64,000 nucleotides of DNA from an uncultured Sphaerochaeta sp. (GTDB lineage: Bacteria; Spirochaetota; Spirochaetia; Sphaerochaetales; Sphaerochaetaceae): contig CAYOWS010000012.1 of the NCBI GenBank assembly GCA_964407735.1, positions 28,853 through 92,852 of the forward strand. Direction: 5' to 3'. Both the position numbers and the translations under genes were made by a program. The notes beneath the pieces were generated by a model, which made no database searches, was not told where the DNA came from, and saw only the letters and a program-made list of their open reading frames with translations. Positions within the stretch are counted from its first letter, which is position 1, and each line of letters opens with the position of its first letter. This document shows, piece by piece, positions 46,859 to 56,674 of this stretch.

Positions 46859-47476
46859 ATGAAAAAGACTTTGATTGTGTTGCTTGTCATGCTGATGATA
46901 CTTCCAGCGGTTGCGTTCGCCGCCAGCGATTGGTATGATATGAGTTTGGGCGCCACCGTCCAGTGGCAGCCGATTCCCAACTACAGCAATTGGGAGGATG
47001 CGAAGGCGGACCTTCTGAAGATCGACAACTGGTCGTTCGGCATTGATTTCCGCAACAGGCTTGCTTTGTTCGAGGTCGATCTGGTAAGCATGTACAACTA
47101 TTCAAAGGTTCTGGATGCCACCACTCATACAATTTCGGTACTCGGAACCGCCGGCCTTGTATTTGATATCTATGATGTCGTTCGTCTGGGCGTCGGCCTT
47201 GGCCCCAGTTTCGACTTTATCATCCGGGACGGCAAGTTGCAGATTCGTGATGCCGCCGGTCTTTTGGTCGACGCAGAAAACATCGGAGAAAGTTTCTCCC
47301 ATGCTCCGCTGAACTATCGCTTGACCGCTGATTTCCTGTTGGGGCCTGTCATGCTCGGCGCGAACTACACCCTGCCTTCCGCTTGGTCCTTCGCTGAACC
47401 TACATGGAAAGGTCTCCTTCCTCCCGACTGGGGCAAGGGAAAGATCGGTGTTTCCGTTTTGTATACGATACTGTAA
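46859..47476 (+). CDS. Small secreted beta-barrel-like protein, paralog 2 of 4
   Basis: Signal peptide ...LPAVAFA. Shared motifs are NWSFGIDFRNRL..EVD, RLGVGLGP and APLNYRLTADFLLGPVMLGANYTLP, with a C-terminal VSVLYTIL. Confidence 0.75.
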   Translation: MKKTLIVLLVMLMILPAVAFAASDWYDMSLGATVQWQPIPNYSNWEDAKADLLKIDNWSFGIDFRNRLALFEVDLVSMYNYSKVLDATTHTISVLGTAGLVFDIYDVVRLGVGLGPSFDFIIRDGKLQIRDAAGLLVDAENIGESFSHAPLNYRLTADFLLGPVMLGANYTLPSAWSFAEPTWKGLLPPDWGKGKIGVSVLYTIL

Positions 47477-47568
47477 AGACGATTTTTCGGTTTTTTTTGG
47501 TTATTACAATGGGCTGCCGGTTTCGACAGCCTATTGTCGTCTAAAAATGGCAAGAGGAGATACATGAA

Positions 47569-48150
47569 ATGAAAAAGAGGGTTTGTATTGTTCTTATCGT
47601 CATCGTACTGCTGGTTCCATCCTTTGCGTTCGCACAGTTGTTCGATGTCAGTCTTGGCGCTACGGCTCAAGTCACAGTACCAAATTATGACAACTTCGAT
47701 TTCGGAGATGTGTTCGGCAAGATCAATAACTATGATTTCGGTGCTGAACTAAGGCTCAAGCTTACGGTCCTTGAGATTGACGCTGTGGCTACATATTCGC
47801 CAAAAGACTTGGGGGGAGGTCATACTGCACATTTTGTGACATTCATGCCGACCGCCGGACTTTCGTTTGATATCGCCAACATCGTCCGGCTTGGTGTTGG
47901 TATGGGACCGAAGATGGTATGGATGTTTAGTGATATCTTGCCAGATTCCAACCAGAGTTTTGGAGACAAGTTTATGACCGCTCCGTTCCAGTATCGTGCG
48001 ACGGTCGACTTCATGGCTGGTCCGGTGTTGATCGGTGTGAACTACGCTGTTCCGACTACCTTCAATATCAAGACGCACCAGGCGGAAGGGCTGAAGCCTG
48101 AGTTCAGAATTGGTACGATTGGTGTTTCCGTCCTCTATTCGTTCTTCTGA
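47569..48150 (+). CDS. Small secreted beta-barrel-like protein, paralog 3 of 4
   Basis: The signal peptide and first strand are almost identical to paralog 4 (LLVPSFAFAQLFDVSLGATAQ). Motifs RLGVGMGP and APFQYRATVDFMAGPVLIGVNYAVP are present. It ends in VSVLYSFF. Confidence 0.75.
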   Translation: MKKRVCIVLIVIVLLVPSFAFAQLFDVSLGATAQVTVPNYDNFDFGDVFGKINNYDFGAELRLKLTVLEIDAVATYSPKDLGGGHTAHFVTFMPTAGLSFDIANIVRLGVGMGPKMVWMFSDILPDSNQSFGDKFMTAPFQYRATVDFMAGPVLIGVNYAVPTTFNIKTHQAEGLKPEFRIGTIGVSVLYSFF

Positions 48151-48374
48151 TTCCAGAAGAACCAGTGAAAACCGTGTGGAGTTCTTCTCTGCGCGGTTTT
48201 TCATGTCCTATGGCCTTTCATCAAGAAGGATCGCATAGAATAAGTCTATTCTATGTACGATGTTACGAAGGATATCTTCCCCACATTTTTTTTGTTTTGT
48301 TTGATAATGAAAGGGTCTGACGCTTGACGTCAGCCGTTTTGTCATTGAACAATGACCATGAGGAGATTCATGAA

Positions 48375-48977
48375 ATGAAAAAGAAGATCTGTATTGTTCT
48401 CGTCGCCATCGCGTTGCTCGTGCCTTCCTTCGCTTTCGCGCAGCTGTTTGATATCAGCCTTGGTGCTACGGCCCAGTTCGGGCAGAATCCTATTACCGAA
48501 GATGGTTGGGATTGGGCAAGCATGGGGAAGATTGAAAGCTGGTCGTTCGGCGGGGAACTCCGGTTGAAGCTGACGATCATTGAAGTCGATGTGATCGGTC
48601 TGTACAACCAGTACAATCTGGCCGGTCAGACGAATCATGTCATTTCCGGCATGTTCACCGGCGGTCTGGCGTTTGATCTGTTCAACTTCATCCGCCTTGG
48701 TGTCGGAATGGGACCTAACATTTCCTGGAACATCACACAGGGAAGCTTCATCATGGGAATACACCAGATTGGAGATTTCGATGATTTTGGAGATGGTTTC
48801 ATGAACGCTCCAATGAACTATCGCGCCACTCTAGACTTCATGCTCGGGCCTGTCATGCTCGGCGTGAACTATACGGTGCCTTCCGCCTTTACATTCAAGA
48901 AACTGGAAGCGAAGGATCTGGCTCCCCAGTGGGACTTTGGCCGTTTCGGTGCTTCCGTGCTGATTTCCTTCTTCTAG
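48375..48977 (+). CDS. Small secreted beta-barrel-like protein, paralog 4 of 4
   Basis: The leader ggagattcatgaaATGaaaaag parallels that of paralog 3. Motifs are SWSFGGELRLKL..EVD, RLGVGMGP and APMNYRATLDFMLGPVMLGVNYTVP. It ends in VLISFF. Confidence 0.75.
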   Translation: MKKKICIVLVAIALLVPSFAFAQLFDISLGATAQFGQNPITEDGWDWASMGKIESWSFGGELRLKLTIIEVDVIGLYNQYNLAGQTNHVISGMFTGGLAFDLFNFIRLGVGMGPNISWNITQGSFIMGIHQIGDFDDFGDGFMNAPMNYRATLDFMLGPVMLGVNYTVPSAFTFKKLEAKDLAPQWDFGRFGASVLISFF

Positions 48978-49099
48978 GACCATCCATGCGGGAGATAGGC
49001 CGTGCGGGAAGGAATTCTCCCTGTGCGGCTTTTTTCATCGCCTAGCCCATAGGGCCGAATTGTGTTAGTATTGGAATATCTTGTATCAGGAGCATCGAC

Positions 49100-49447
49100 A
49101 TGGCGAGACGTGGCTTTTTCGGTTCATTATTTACAGCGTTGATCATTGCAATAGTCGTTTTTCTTTGCCTCTATTTCTTCGTCCCTTCATTCAGCGAACG
49201 ATTTTTCGGTATCAGCTGGAGTTTGCAGCGTAGCGGCCTGACTATTGGTGAGAACGCGGAATTGAAGGAGCTCTCTGGTGATCTTACCGCGTTCATGGAG
49301 GATTCGGGGCTTTCAAAAAGTGAAATGAAACAGCTCCAGAAGACCTTGCAGGACAAAATGAAGTCCGCCGCTTTCCGTGACCAGGTCGCGAACGCCGTAT
49401 CGGCTGGCAAAAGCGCGGTGACCAATCTGTTGGATGAGATGAGGTGA
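49100..49447 (+). CDS. Hypothetical membrane-anchored protein
   Basis: 115 aa with an N-terminal TM segment (LFTALIIAIVVFLCLYFFV) and a charged helical tail. The stop overlaps the next start (GTGA). Confidence 0.6.
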   Translation: MARRGFFGSLFTALIIAIVVFLCLYFFVPSFSERFFGISWSLQRSGLTIGENAELKELSGDLTAFMEDSGLSKSEMKQLQKTLQDKMKSAAFRDQVANAVSAGKSAVTNLLDEMR

Positions 49448-50214
49448 CCGTGGAGGTTTCTTTTCTCGGAACCGGCACAAGTCATGGCGTACCCGTCATA
49501 GGCTGTTCCTGTCCCGTATGTACCTCCTCCGATCCACGGGACCAGAGATACCGCTCCTCCGTTCTGCTCGAAGTAGAGGGAAAGAACATCCTGATAGACA
49601 CCGGACCGGAGTTCCGGTTGCAGGCGATACGCGCCGGCATCAAGCATCTGGATGCGGTCCTGTACACCCACGACCATGCCGACCATCTCAACGGTATCGA
49701 CGATCTCAGGGTGTTCACCCACGATGCTACGCTCCCTGTCTATGGAAACCAGCGTCTTGTCGACTGCATCACCGGGCGATTCGGCTATGTGCTTGGACGA
49801 TGTGAGTTCGCGGGCGGTCTGCCGCATCTTCAGACGGCTGTGCTGGAAAGACCCGTGCCGGTATCAGTCGCGGGTGTCGAGGTCCTGCCGATACCGATTT
49901 TCCATGGCGACCTGACGATATTCGGATACAGGGTAGGCGCGTTCGCATATCTGACGGACTGTAGCGGTATTCCTGATGGATCTTGGGAATTGCTCAGGGA
50001 TCTGGATGTCCTGGTGATCGGAGCTTTGCGCAAGAAACCGCATCCCACCCATTTTTCAATCGATCAGGCGATTGAGGCCGCTGAGAGAATCGGTGCCCGT
50101 ACTACATATCTGACCCATCTGTGTCATGAAACCTTGCATCAGGAACTTGAAGCATCCTTGCCCGAATCAATTCATGTGGCGTATGATATGCTGAAGCTAG
50201 AGGTTTCCCGCTGA
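49444..50214 (+). CDS. MBL-fold metallo-hydrolase (PhnP-like)
   Basis: FLGTGTSHGVP, a Cys motif CSCPVC, and the HxHxDH motif YTHDHADHLNG. Confidence 0.85.
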   Translation: MTVEVSFLGTGTSHGVPVIGCSCPVCTSSDPRDQRYRSSVLLEVEGKNILIDTGPEFRLQAIRAGIKHLDAVLYTHDHADHLNGIDDLRVFTHDATLPVYGNQRLVDCITGRFGYVLGRCEFAGGLPHLQTAVLERPVPVSVAGVEVLPIPIFHGDLTIFGYRVGAFAYLTDCSGIPDGSWELLRDLDVLVIGALRKKPHPTHFSIDQAIEAAERIGARTTYLTHLCHETLHQELEASLPESIHVAYDMLKLEVSR

Positions 50215-50245
50215 TGCCTCCGCATAGGGAAATAAGGAGTTCTGA

Positions 50246-53200
50246 ATGAGTAATGCCGACAATGACTTTGAATTGTTTTCCGAACAGGATTATGACCAGA
50301 CTCCCCGACCGGAGCCTGTACCGTCTGAGGTACCGGAACCAGCCGAGGCGCCGAACGACACCGTACCGTCGGGGCCTGTGGAGGCCGTAGTGGAAGAAAA
50401 GCCTTTGGGCGATATCCTGAAATCGTCAGATACTACATCAAAAGTTATTGATACCGTTGTCCTAGGCGATGATTCCGATTCCCCCAAGTATTCTGCGAAT
50501 CGAAAACGGCTCTATATCATCGATGGCTATGGATTGATCTATAGGTCCTATTTCGCATTCATCAACCGTCCGCTGCGCGATAGCGAGGGGAAGAACGTCT
50601 CCGCCTTGTTCGGCTTCTTCAATACCTTGCTGATGTTGCTTCGGGACTATAGGCCCGATTATCTGGTCGTGGCGATGGATACGCAAGGTCCGACTTTCCG
50701 GCATGAGATGTACGAACCCTATAAGGCGAACCGTGACGCGGCTCCCCCCGACCTGCATGAACAGGTGCCCCGGATCATCGAGGTGCTTGAGGCATTGGGC
50801 ATCCCGCAGATCAGCAAGCAGGGTGTCGAGGCCGACGATATCATTGCCACCCTTTCGGAGAATGCGAAACGATTCGATATAGAGAGTGTCATGGTTACCG
50901 GAGACAAGGATCTCCTGCAACTGGTCGATTCCCATACCTTTGCGTTGCGACCTCCGAAGAAAGGAGAGACCTCCTACAGGTTGTTCGGAGAGAAAGAGGT
51001 CGAGGAGGAGTTCGGTATCACGGCGTCCCAGATCGTCGACTACCTCTCCTTGTTGGGTGATAGTTCCGACAATGTTCCCGGCGTCTCGGGGATCGGGGAG
51101 AAAGGTGCGGCAAAGCTCTTGCAGGAATATGGCGATCTGGACGGAATCTATGCGCATCTGGACTCGTGTGCGAAAGGGGTACGTGCAAAACTGGAGGCAG
51201 GGAAGGAGATGGCCGCGCTCAGCCGAAGCCTGGTCGCGTTGCGCGACGATATCTTCCAGGTGGCCTCCTTCGATACTCCCGAATTCCTTGTAGAGACGGT
51301 CCATTATGATCAGGCGATTCCCCTGTTGGAGAAGGCCAATACCAAGAGCCTCGTCACGAGCATGAAGAGGATGATGGTTTCCGAACCCACGACCTCTTCC
51401 AAACGCAGTGTCGCTGAAGTCCCTGAACTTGCGGAGCCGGATGTCTCGGACGAGGATTCTTCCCTTCCTTTGGAAGATATGGCCTCCTGCGGGTGTTCCT
51501 ATGAATCGGTCGTCTCTCTGGATCGGTTGGAAGAGCTTCTGAAGTTGATGGAGCGGGAAGGCGGCATCGTCGCCTTGGATCTTGAGACTACGAGCATTGA
51601 GACGATGGAAGCAACTCCTGTCGGGTTCTCCTTTACCAACGTAGAGAAGAAAGCCTGGTATGTGCCGCTTGTCGCCGATGGTGTCCGGGTACTGGAAGAT
51701 GAACCGGTAAGGCAGTTGTTGCGGTCGTACCTCGAGACTGGTCGTCTCTCCGTGGTGGGGCAGAACATCAAGTACGACTACAAGGTGCTGTGCCGTTGGG
51801 GCGTCCGCCCGTCAAAGGTGGTCTTCGATACGATGATCGCCGCCTGGTTGTTGGACAGCACGCGAATGTCCTACAACATGGATACGCTCGCGGAGTACCA
51901 TCTCCACTACAAGACGATCCATTATGCCGATGTAGTACCTGCGGGAAAACTTTTCTCCGATGTACCGCTTGATCAGGCCACCTCCTATGGTGCCGAGGAT
52001 TCCGATGTCACCTGGCGTCTCTATCGCCGTTTCGACAAGATGTTGGAGGAGCGGGGGATGTCGAAGCTCCTGTCCGACCTGGAGATGCCTCTGCTGACGA
52101 TTCTCGCCGACATGGAGCTGGCGGGGGTGAAGCTTGATGCCGACCGGCTTTCTTCGTTCGGTGTTGAGGTCGATCAACGGTTGGAGACGATCCAGAAGGA
52201 GATCTTCGACATCTGCGGCCATGAGTTCAACATCAATTCTCCGTTGCAGCTTCAGCAAGTTCTGTTCGTCGAGCGGAATCTCCCCACCGGCAAAAAGACC
52301 AGGACGGGTTTCTCTACAGCGACCGATACCTTGGAGAACCTTGCTGATCTCGACCCGATCCCCGCGTTGATCCTCCAGCATAGGGGCCTCGCGAAACTGA
52401 AGAATACCTATATCGATACCTTGCCGTTGCTGATCGCCCCTGCTACAGGCCGTGTGCATCCCACTTTCATTCAGACGGGAACCGCGACGGGCAGGCTGTC
52501 TTGCCGAAATCCGAATCTCCAGAATATTCCGGTACGCAGTGATGATGGTCGTCGCATCCGTGACGCCTTCATTCCCGCGGAGGGGTGTCGCTTCCTTTCC
52601 GCCGACTATTCCCAGATCGAACTGGTCGTGCTGGCCCATATGGCCGACGATCCCGGACTGAAAGAGGCGTTCCTCTCCGGGATCGACGTACACCGCTATA
52701 CAGCGTCCCTGATCTTCGGCATACCGAGTGACGAAGTGACCGCCGATCAGCGTCGGATCGCCAAGACGATCAACTTCGGGGTGATGTACGGAATGTCCTC
52801 GTTCAGGCTTTCCAATGAGCTGAAGATCAAGCGGGCGGAGGCGCAGGCGTTCATCGACGCCTATTTCTCTCGGTATAGCGGCGTCAGGGCTTTTGTTGAG
52901 AAGACTCGCGCAGAAGCGGAGCGGACGGGCATGGTCAAGACGTTGCTCGGCCATGAGCGTGCCGTCCCTGAGATACGGAGCGCCAACAAGATGGAGAAGG
53001 CGGGGGGCGAACGTGTCGTGGTCAATACGGTCATACAGGGAACCGCCGCCGATATCATGAAGCTGGCGATGCTCCATATCGCCGATCGGATGCATAAAGA
53101 AAAAGTGGAGTCCCGGTTGTTGCTTCAGGTCCATGATGAACTGATCTTCGAGGTTCCTGAGTCTGAACTGGAACAGATGCGTGCGCTTGTCAGCGAGGAG

Positions 53201-53278
53201 ATGGAGCATGCGGTGAGGCTGTCGATTCCCTTGAAGGCGAGCGTTGAGTTCGGCCGTAGCTGGGGGGCGATGCACTGA
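50246..53278 (+). CDS. polA: DNA polymerase I
   Basis: 5'-nuclease domain (LYIIDGYGLIYRSYFAF, GDSSDNVPGVSGIGEKGA), 3'-5' exonuclease domain (ALDLETTS) and polymerase motifs (DYSQIELV, RRIAKTINFGVMYG, LQVHDELIFE). There is an extra acidic/Pro-rich N-terminus of about 90 aa. Confidence 0.97.
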   Translation: MSNADNDFELFSEQDYDQTPRPEPVPSEVPEPAEAPNDTVPSGPVEAVVEEKPLGDILKSSDTTSKVIDTVVLGDDSDSPKYSANRKRLYIIDGYGLIYRSYFAFINRPLRDSEGKNVSALFGFFNTLLMLLRDYRPDYLVVAMDTQGPTFRHEMYEPYKANRDAAPPDLHEQVPRIIEVLEALGIPQISKQGVEADDIIATLSENAKRFDIESVMVTGDKDLLQLVDSHTFALRPPKKGETSYRLFGEKEVEEEFGITASQIVDYLSLLGDSSDNVPGVSGIGEKGAAKLLQEYGDLDGIYAHLDSCAKGVRAKLEAGKEMAALSRSLVALRDDIFQVASFDTPEFLVETVHYDQAIPLLEKANTKSLVTSMKRMMVSEPTTSSKRSVAEVPELAEPDVSDEDSSLPLEDMASCGCSYESVVSLDRLEELLKLMEREGGIVALDLETTSIETMEATPVGFSFTNVEKKAWYVPLVADGVRVLEDEPVRQLLRSYLETGRLSVVGQNIKYDYKVLCRWGVRPSKVVFDTMIAAWLLDSTRMSYNMDTLAEYHLHYKTIHYADVVPAGKLFSDVPLDQATSYGAEDSDVTWRLYRRFDKMLEERGMSKLLSDLEMPLLTILADMELAGVKLDADRLSSFGVEVDQRLETIQKEIFDICGHEFNINSPLQLQQVLFVERNLPTGKKTRTGFSTATDTLENLADLDPIPALILQHRGLAKLKNTYIDTLPLLIAPATGRVHPTFIQTGTATGRLSCRNPNLQNIPVRSDDGRRIRDAFIPAEGCRFLSADYSQIELVVLAHMADDPGLKEAFLSGIDVHRYTASLIFGIPSDEVTADQRRIAKTINFGVMYGMSSFRLSNELKIKRAEAQAFIDAYFSRYSGVRAFVEKTRAEAERTGMVKTLLGHERAVPEIRSANKMEKAGGERVVVNTVIQGTAADIMKLAMLHIADRMHKEKVESRLLLQVHDELIFEVPESELEQMRALVSEEMEHAVRLSIPLKASVEFGRSWGAMH

Positions 53279-53892
53279 TGTTGGTGATCGGACTGACAGG
53301 GCGTTCCTGCGCAGGTAAGAATTGTTTCGCCGATGAATTTTCCTCGCTCGGTATTCCCGTGGTCGATGTCGACCGGCTGGGACATGACGCTTTGGTCGCG
53401 CGATCCAGGTCCGTCGCGGAGGTGTTCGGTTCCGAGATCCTGTCTCCGGATGGCTCTGTCGATAGGAAGGCTCTGGGAAGGATCGTGTTCGGTGATCCTG
53501 GCCAGTTGCGGAGGCTTGAGTCGATCAGCCATCCCTGGATGGTAGAGGAATGCCGCCGGTTGATCGCTGAAGCGAAGGCGTCGGGAGCCCCTGCGATCGT
53601 GCTGAACGCGGCTTTGCTGCATAGGATGCGTCTCGATTCCCTGTGTGATGTCGTCATGTTCGTCAAGGTCCCGTTCTATACGAGATATCGGCGTGCAAAG
53701 GAGCGGGACAAGGTTTCCTGGGAAGGGTTCCGGGATCGGGAGAAGTCCCAGTCTGATATCGACCCAAATGTATTCAAGGGTTCCGTTCCGGTCATCATCG
53801 TAGACAATGACGGTGATCCTGCGTTAATTCATCGACAAGTTATGGAGTTTTGTGATACCATAGGCGAAAGGATGTCCTTATCGCACGAATAG
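53278..53892 (+). CDS. coaE: Dephospho-CoA kinase
   Basis: The start overlaps the polA stop (TGATG). P-loop IGLTGRSCAGKN, and about 200 aa. The usual polA-coaE neighbourhood is present. Confidence 0.85.
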   Translation: MLVIGLTGRSCAGKNCFADEFSSLGIPVVDVDRLGHDALVARSRSVAEVFGSEILSPDGSVDRKALGRIVFGDPGQLRRLESISHPWMVEECRRLIAEAKASGAPAIVLNAALLHRMRLDSLCDVVMFVKVPFYTRYRRAKERDKVSWEGFRDREKSQSDIDPNVFKGSVPVIIVDNDGDPALIHRQVMEFCDTIGERMSLSHE

Positions 53893-53923
53893 TTGTGGTA
53901 TACGATCTGGTTGATGGCGAGAG

Positions 53924-55063
53924 GTGTTGGTTATGACGAGACAAAAATTGATGAATATACTGACTATCACCGTAGTGGTGTCCATATTCTGCTTTGCTGG
54001 GATGAGTTTCATCGGGTATGGGGGTGTGTCCGAAGATCTTCTTGAAACTGCCCGCTCCAGGCAATCTCAGCCGTTGCTGGAGATTCCTGAACCTGAGCGT
54101 GTGAAACCTCAGCCAGCCGAAGCTGTTCCGACCCAGACGGTTACGCCCGCTCCGGTGGCTTCCGTCGATACCGACGCCTTGATGAAGGAACTCCTTCCCA
54201 AGCTGGCCGATGAGCTGACCCCGATCTTGGCTGACCAGCTGAAGACCGATACACAGATAGACCAGGCTCAGCTTGAGGCTGCGTTGCTCACCCAGCTGGA
54301 GCCTCAGCTTGTGACCCGTGCCGAGGAATATCTTCCCGAGCTGGAATCCCTGTTGTTGACCAGGCTTGAACCTCAATTGGTCGCGAAAGCCGAAACGTAT
54401 ATCCCGGAGCTTGAGGCGCTTTTGCTGAAGGATCTCGAACCTCAGCTGGTCGCCAAGGCCGAAACCTATATCCCGCAGCTTGAGGCTGTCCTGCTGGCCG
54501 ATCTTGAGCCTCAGCTGGTCGCGAAAGCGGAAGCGTATATCCCTCAGTTGGTCGATACACTGATCCCTCAACTGGTTCCTCAGGTCGTAGCCGCGCTTGA
54601 AGCGAATCTCGATTCCTACATGCCGACTGTGGCGGAGGCTTTGAAGCCCCATTTCGATTATCTGACGATGGATGATCTGACCGCGGCCTATGAGCAGTAC
54701 AAGCCGCAGATCGTGAAGGACCTTGTCCCCCTGATCGTTCCTGAAGTGTTGGACGCCCTTGAATCCACCTTGGCTTCAACCGTCGCCCAGCCTGCGGCGG
54801 AGCCTGCTGTCGTGAGGACGGCCGAACCTGTCGCGCCTGCGGTCGATGAACTCGCTTCCGCTCCGGCTGTGTCGGCGCAGACTCCTGCGACTCCTGCACC
54901 AGCTTCGGTGCCTGTCGCACCTGTTTCCGTAACCCCGAAATGGTCGATCCCGAATGTGGATGAGGGCTCTTTCACCTATCTCGACCCGGATACCTATGCC
55001 GCTGAACGCGATACAATGCGCCAGCAGGAGATCCAGAAGATCCTGGGCATATTGGAGGACTAG
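53924..55063 (+). CDS. Hypothetical membrane-anchored repeat protein
   Basis: N-terminal TM segment (ILTITVVVSIFCFAGMSFIGY), followed by four 23-aa repeats LEPQLVAKAETYIPELEALLLKD and an Ala/Pro-rich tail. An alternative ATG is at 53933. Confidence 0.65.
   Translation: MLVMTRQKLMNILTITVVVSIFCFAGMSFIGYGGVSEDLLETARSRQSQPLLEIPEPERVKPQPAEAVPTQTVTPAPVASVDTDALMKELLPKLADELTPILADQLKTDTQIDQAQLEAALLTQLEPQLVTRAEEYLPELESLLLTRLEPQLVAKAETYIPELEALLLKDLEPQLVAKAETYIPQLEAVLLADLEPQLVAKAEAYIPQLVDTLIPQLVPQVVAALEANLDSYMPTVAEALKPHFDYLTMDDLTAAYEQYKPQIVKDLVPLIVPEVLDALESTLASTVAQPAAEPAVVRTAEPVAPAVDELASAPAVSAQTPATPAPASVPVAPVSVTPKWSIPNVDEGSFTYLDPDTYAAERDTMRQQEIQKILGILED
54296..54571 (+). repeat. Four in-frame tandem repeats of 69 nt
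   Basis: Repeat starts at 54296, 54365, 54434 and 54503 (ctNgaNcctcaNctNgt...). Confidence 0.9.
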
Positions 55064-55303
55064 TTCTGTTCGTGTCCTGAATATCGGACAAGCAGGCTCG
55101 CAAGGAGGTCGTCGAAAGACGGCCTCTTGTTGTATTCTGAGGTACTGTCGAGGGGAATCCATCCGTCCGTCTCTTTCTTGTTCAACTGCGTCCATTGTAT
55201 ATGACTGGGCGTATGCGGTTGATATCTTGATCGCAATGCAACCGCTTCCCGCTCTTGGTTTTGGTGCCGGAGACAATGGACGTGTCGTAGCTTCCATGTA
55301 CAG

Positions 55304-55338
55304 AAAAAAAGAACCATCACCCGGATGGATGATGGTTC
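55304..55338 (-). terminator. Rho-independent terminator of the MFS gene
   Basis: On the minus strand gaaccatca-loop-tgatggttc is followed by T7. Confidence 0.8.
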
Positions 55339-55360
55339 CCTCATAGCGGAGATATCGTAC

Positions 55361-56674
55361 TTATACTTCCAGATCTACAGGGTCGTCTTCCGGTTCGCCG
55401 CGGTGGACCTTGGACATCAGGAAGAACGCGACCAGCATGCAGGCCGCCGCAAACACGAACAGTGACCGGAATCCGAAGATGTCTATACAGGTACCGGTGA
55501 TCGGAGGGGAGATGATCGAGGCCAACTGCGAGAAGAAGTAGTACAGGCCGGTGTAGATTCCCATCGTCTTGTAGTTCGCCATCTGCCAGAGCATCGGGAA
55601 GCTGTTCGTCACGACCGTCACCCAGAAGATGCCGAAACAGAACAGCATGACCCAGAAGGTGAGCTGCCGTACCAGCGGACTGAATCCTGCGGTGATCGGA
55701 TCATGGAAGAAGATCAGCATCAGGATCGCCACAAGGCAGATCAACGCCCGTCTGATCGTTTTCTTTCGGCCATGCTTGTGGGCTACGATGCCGGAAGGTA
55801 TCGCGAAGATCGCATAGGCGACGCCGACCATGCCGGCCGCCAGGGCCGCCGTACCGGAACTGGTTCCCAGCACGTCGGTAGAATAGAGTCCTACGAACGG
55901 CAGCACGCCTTGATAGGCGATGAACCAGAAGAGCAAGGAGAGCAGGATGTACATCGCGCTCTTGTCCTTTTCGCCGAAGATGTGCTTGATCGACTTGAGG
56001 ATAGGGACTTTTTCTTCCTTTTCATCGGCCTGGTCGTATTTCGACTTGTCCTCTTTGATGAAGACCAGCAACAGCACCGCCGCCAGGATGACGAGCACAC
56101 TCGCCACGGGGAAGGCCAGGATGTTGTTTGTCGGTCCTCTTCCCGGCAGGTTGATGTAGACGTTCATGAGTTGGGCCAGGCCGATGGTCCCGACGATGGT
56201 GGCGATACCGCCCATCGTATTGATGACGCCATTCGCCTCAGAACGCAGTTCTCCGGGAATGATGTCCGGCATGAGTGCAACGACCGGTCCTCTCGCGGCC
56301 TGCTTGAAGATGTTGAGGATGAACACCAACACGATCAGCATCCACAGGGAGTTGAGCGCGCTGAACGGAATCAACCCGAACGCGACCGCCGTAAGTGGCA
56401 GACAGATGATGATGAACGGCATGCGACGTCCGATCGGAGTCCTTGTCCTGTCGCTGATCGCCGAGAAGATCGGAATCAGGAAGATCGCAAGAATGTTGTC
56501 CAGCGTCATGATCGAGCCGATCAAGCCCTTGGAATCTATGAACTTGCTTAGGAATATGGGGACGTAGGTATCGTACAGAGGATCCATCAACCCCATGGTG
56601 AAGAAGCCGAGCCCAATCAGGAAGGTCGTCAGGTAATACCCCTTCAACCCCTTTTTCTTTTTTAGTTCTGCCAT
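55361..56674 (-). CDS. MFS transporter (GPH/SLC45-like sugar-cation symporter type)
   Basis: 12 predicted TM segments and an RxGRR-like loop DRTRTPIGRRMPF after TM2. Start at MAELKKKK with SD gagagg. An upstream GTG is possible. Confidence 0.85.
   Translation of the reverse strand: MAELKKKKGLKGYYLTTFLIGLGFFTMGLMDPLYDTYVPIFLSKFIDSKGLIGSIMTLDNILAIFLIPIFSAISDRTRTPIGRRMPFIIICLPLTAVAFGLIPFSALNSLWMLIVLVFILNIFKQAARGPVVALMPDIIPGELRSEANGVINTMGGIATIVGTIGLAQLMNVYINLPGRGPTNNILAFPVASVLVILAAVLLLVFIKEDKSKYDQADEKEEKVPILKSIKHIFGEKDKSAMYILLSLLFWFIAYQGVLPFVGLYSTDVLGTSSGTAALAAGMVGVAYAIFAIPSGIVAHKHGRKKTIRRALICLVAILMLIFFHDPITAGFSPLVRQLTFWVMLFCFGIFWVTVVTNSFPMLWQMANYKTMGIYTGLYYFFSQLASIISPPITGTCIDIFGFRSLFVFAAACMLVAFFLMSKVHRGEPEDDPVDLEV

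Noticed and set aside
51812-53275. 487-aa ORF on the minus strand
   Set aside because: It is antisense to the polymerase domain of polA. It is a shadow ORF.
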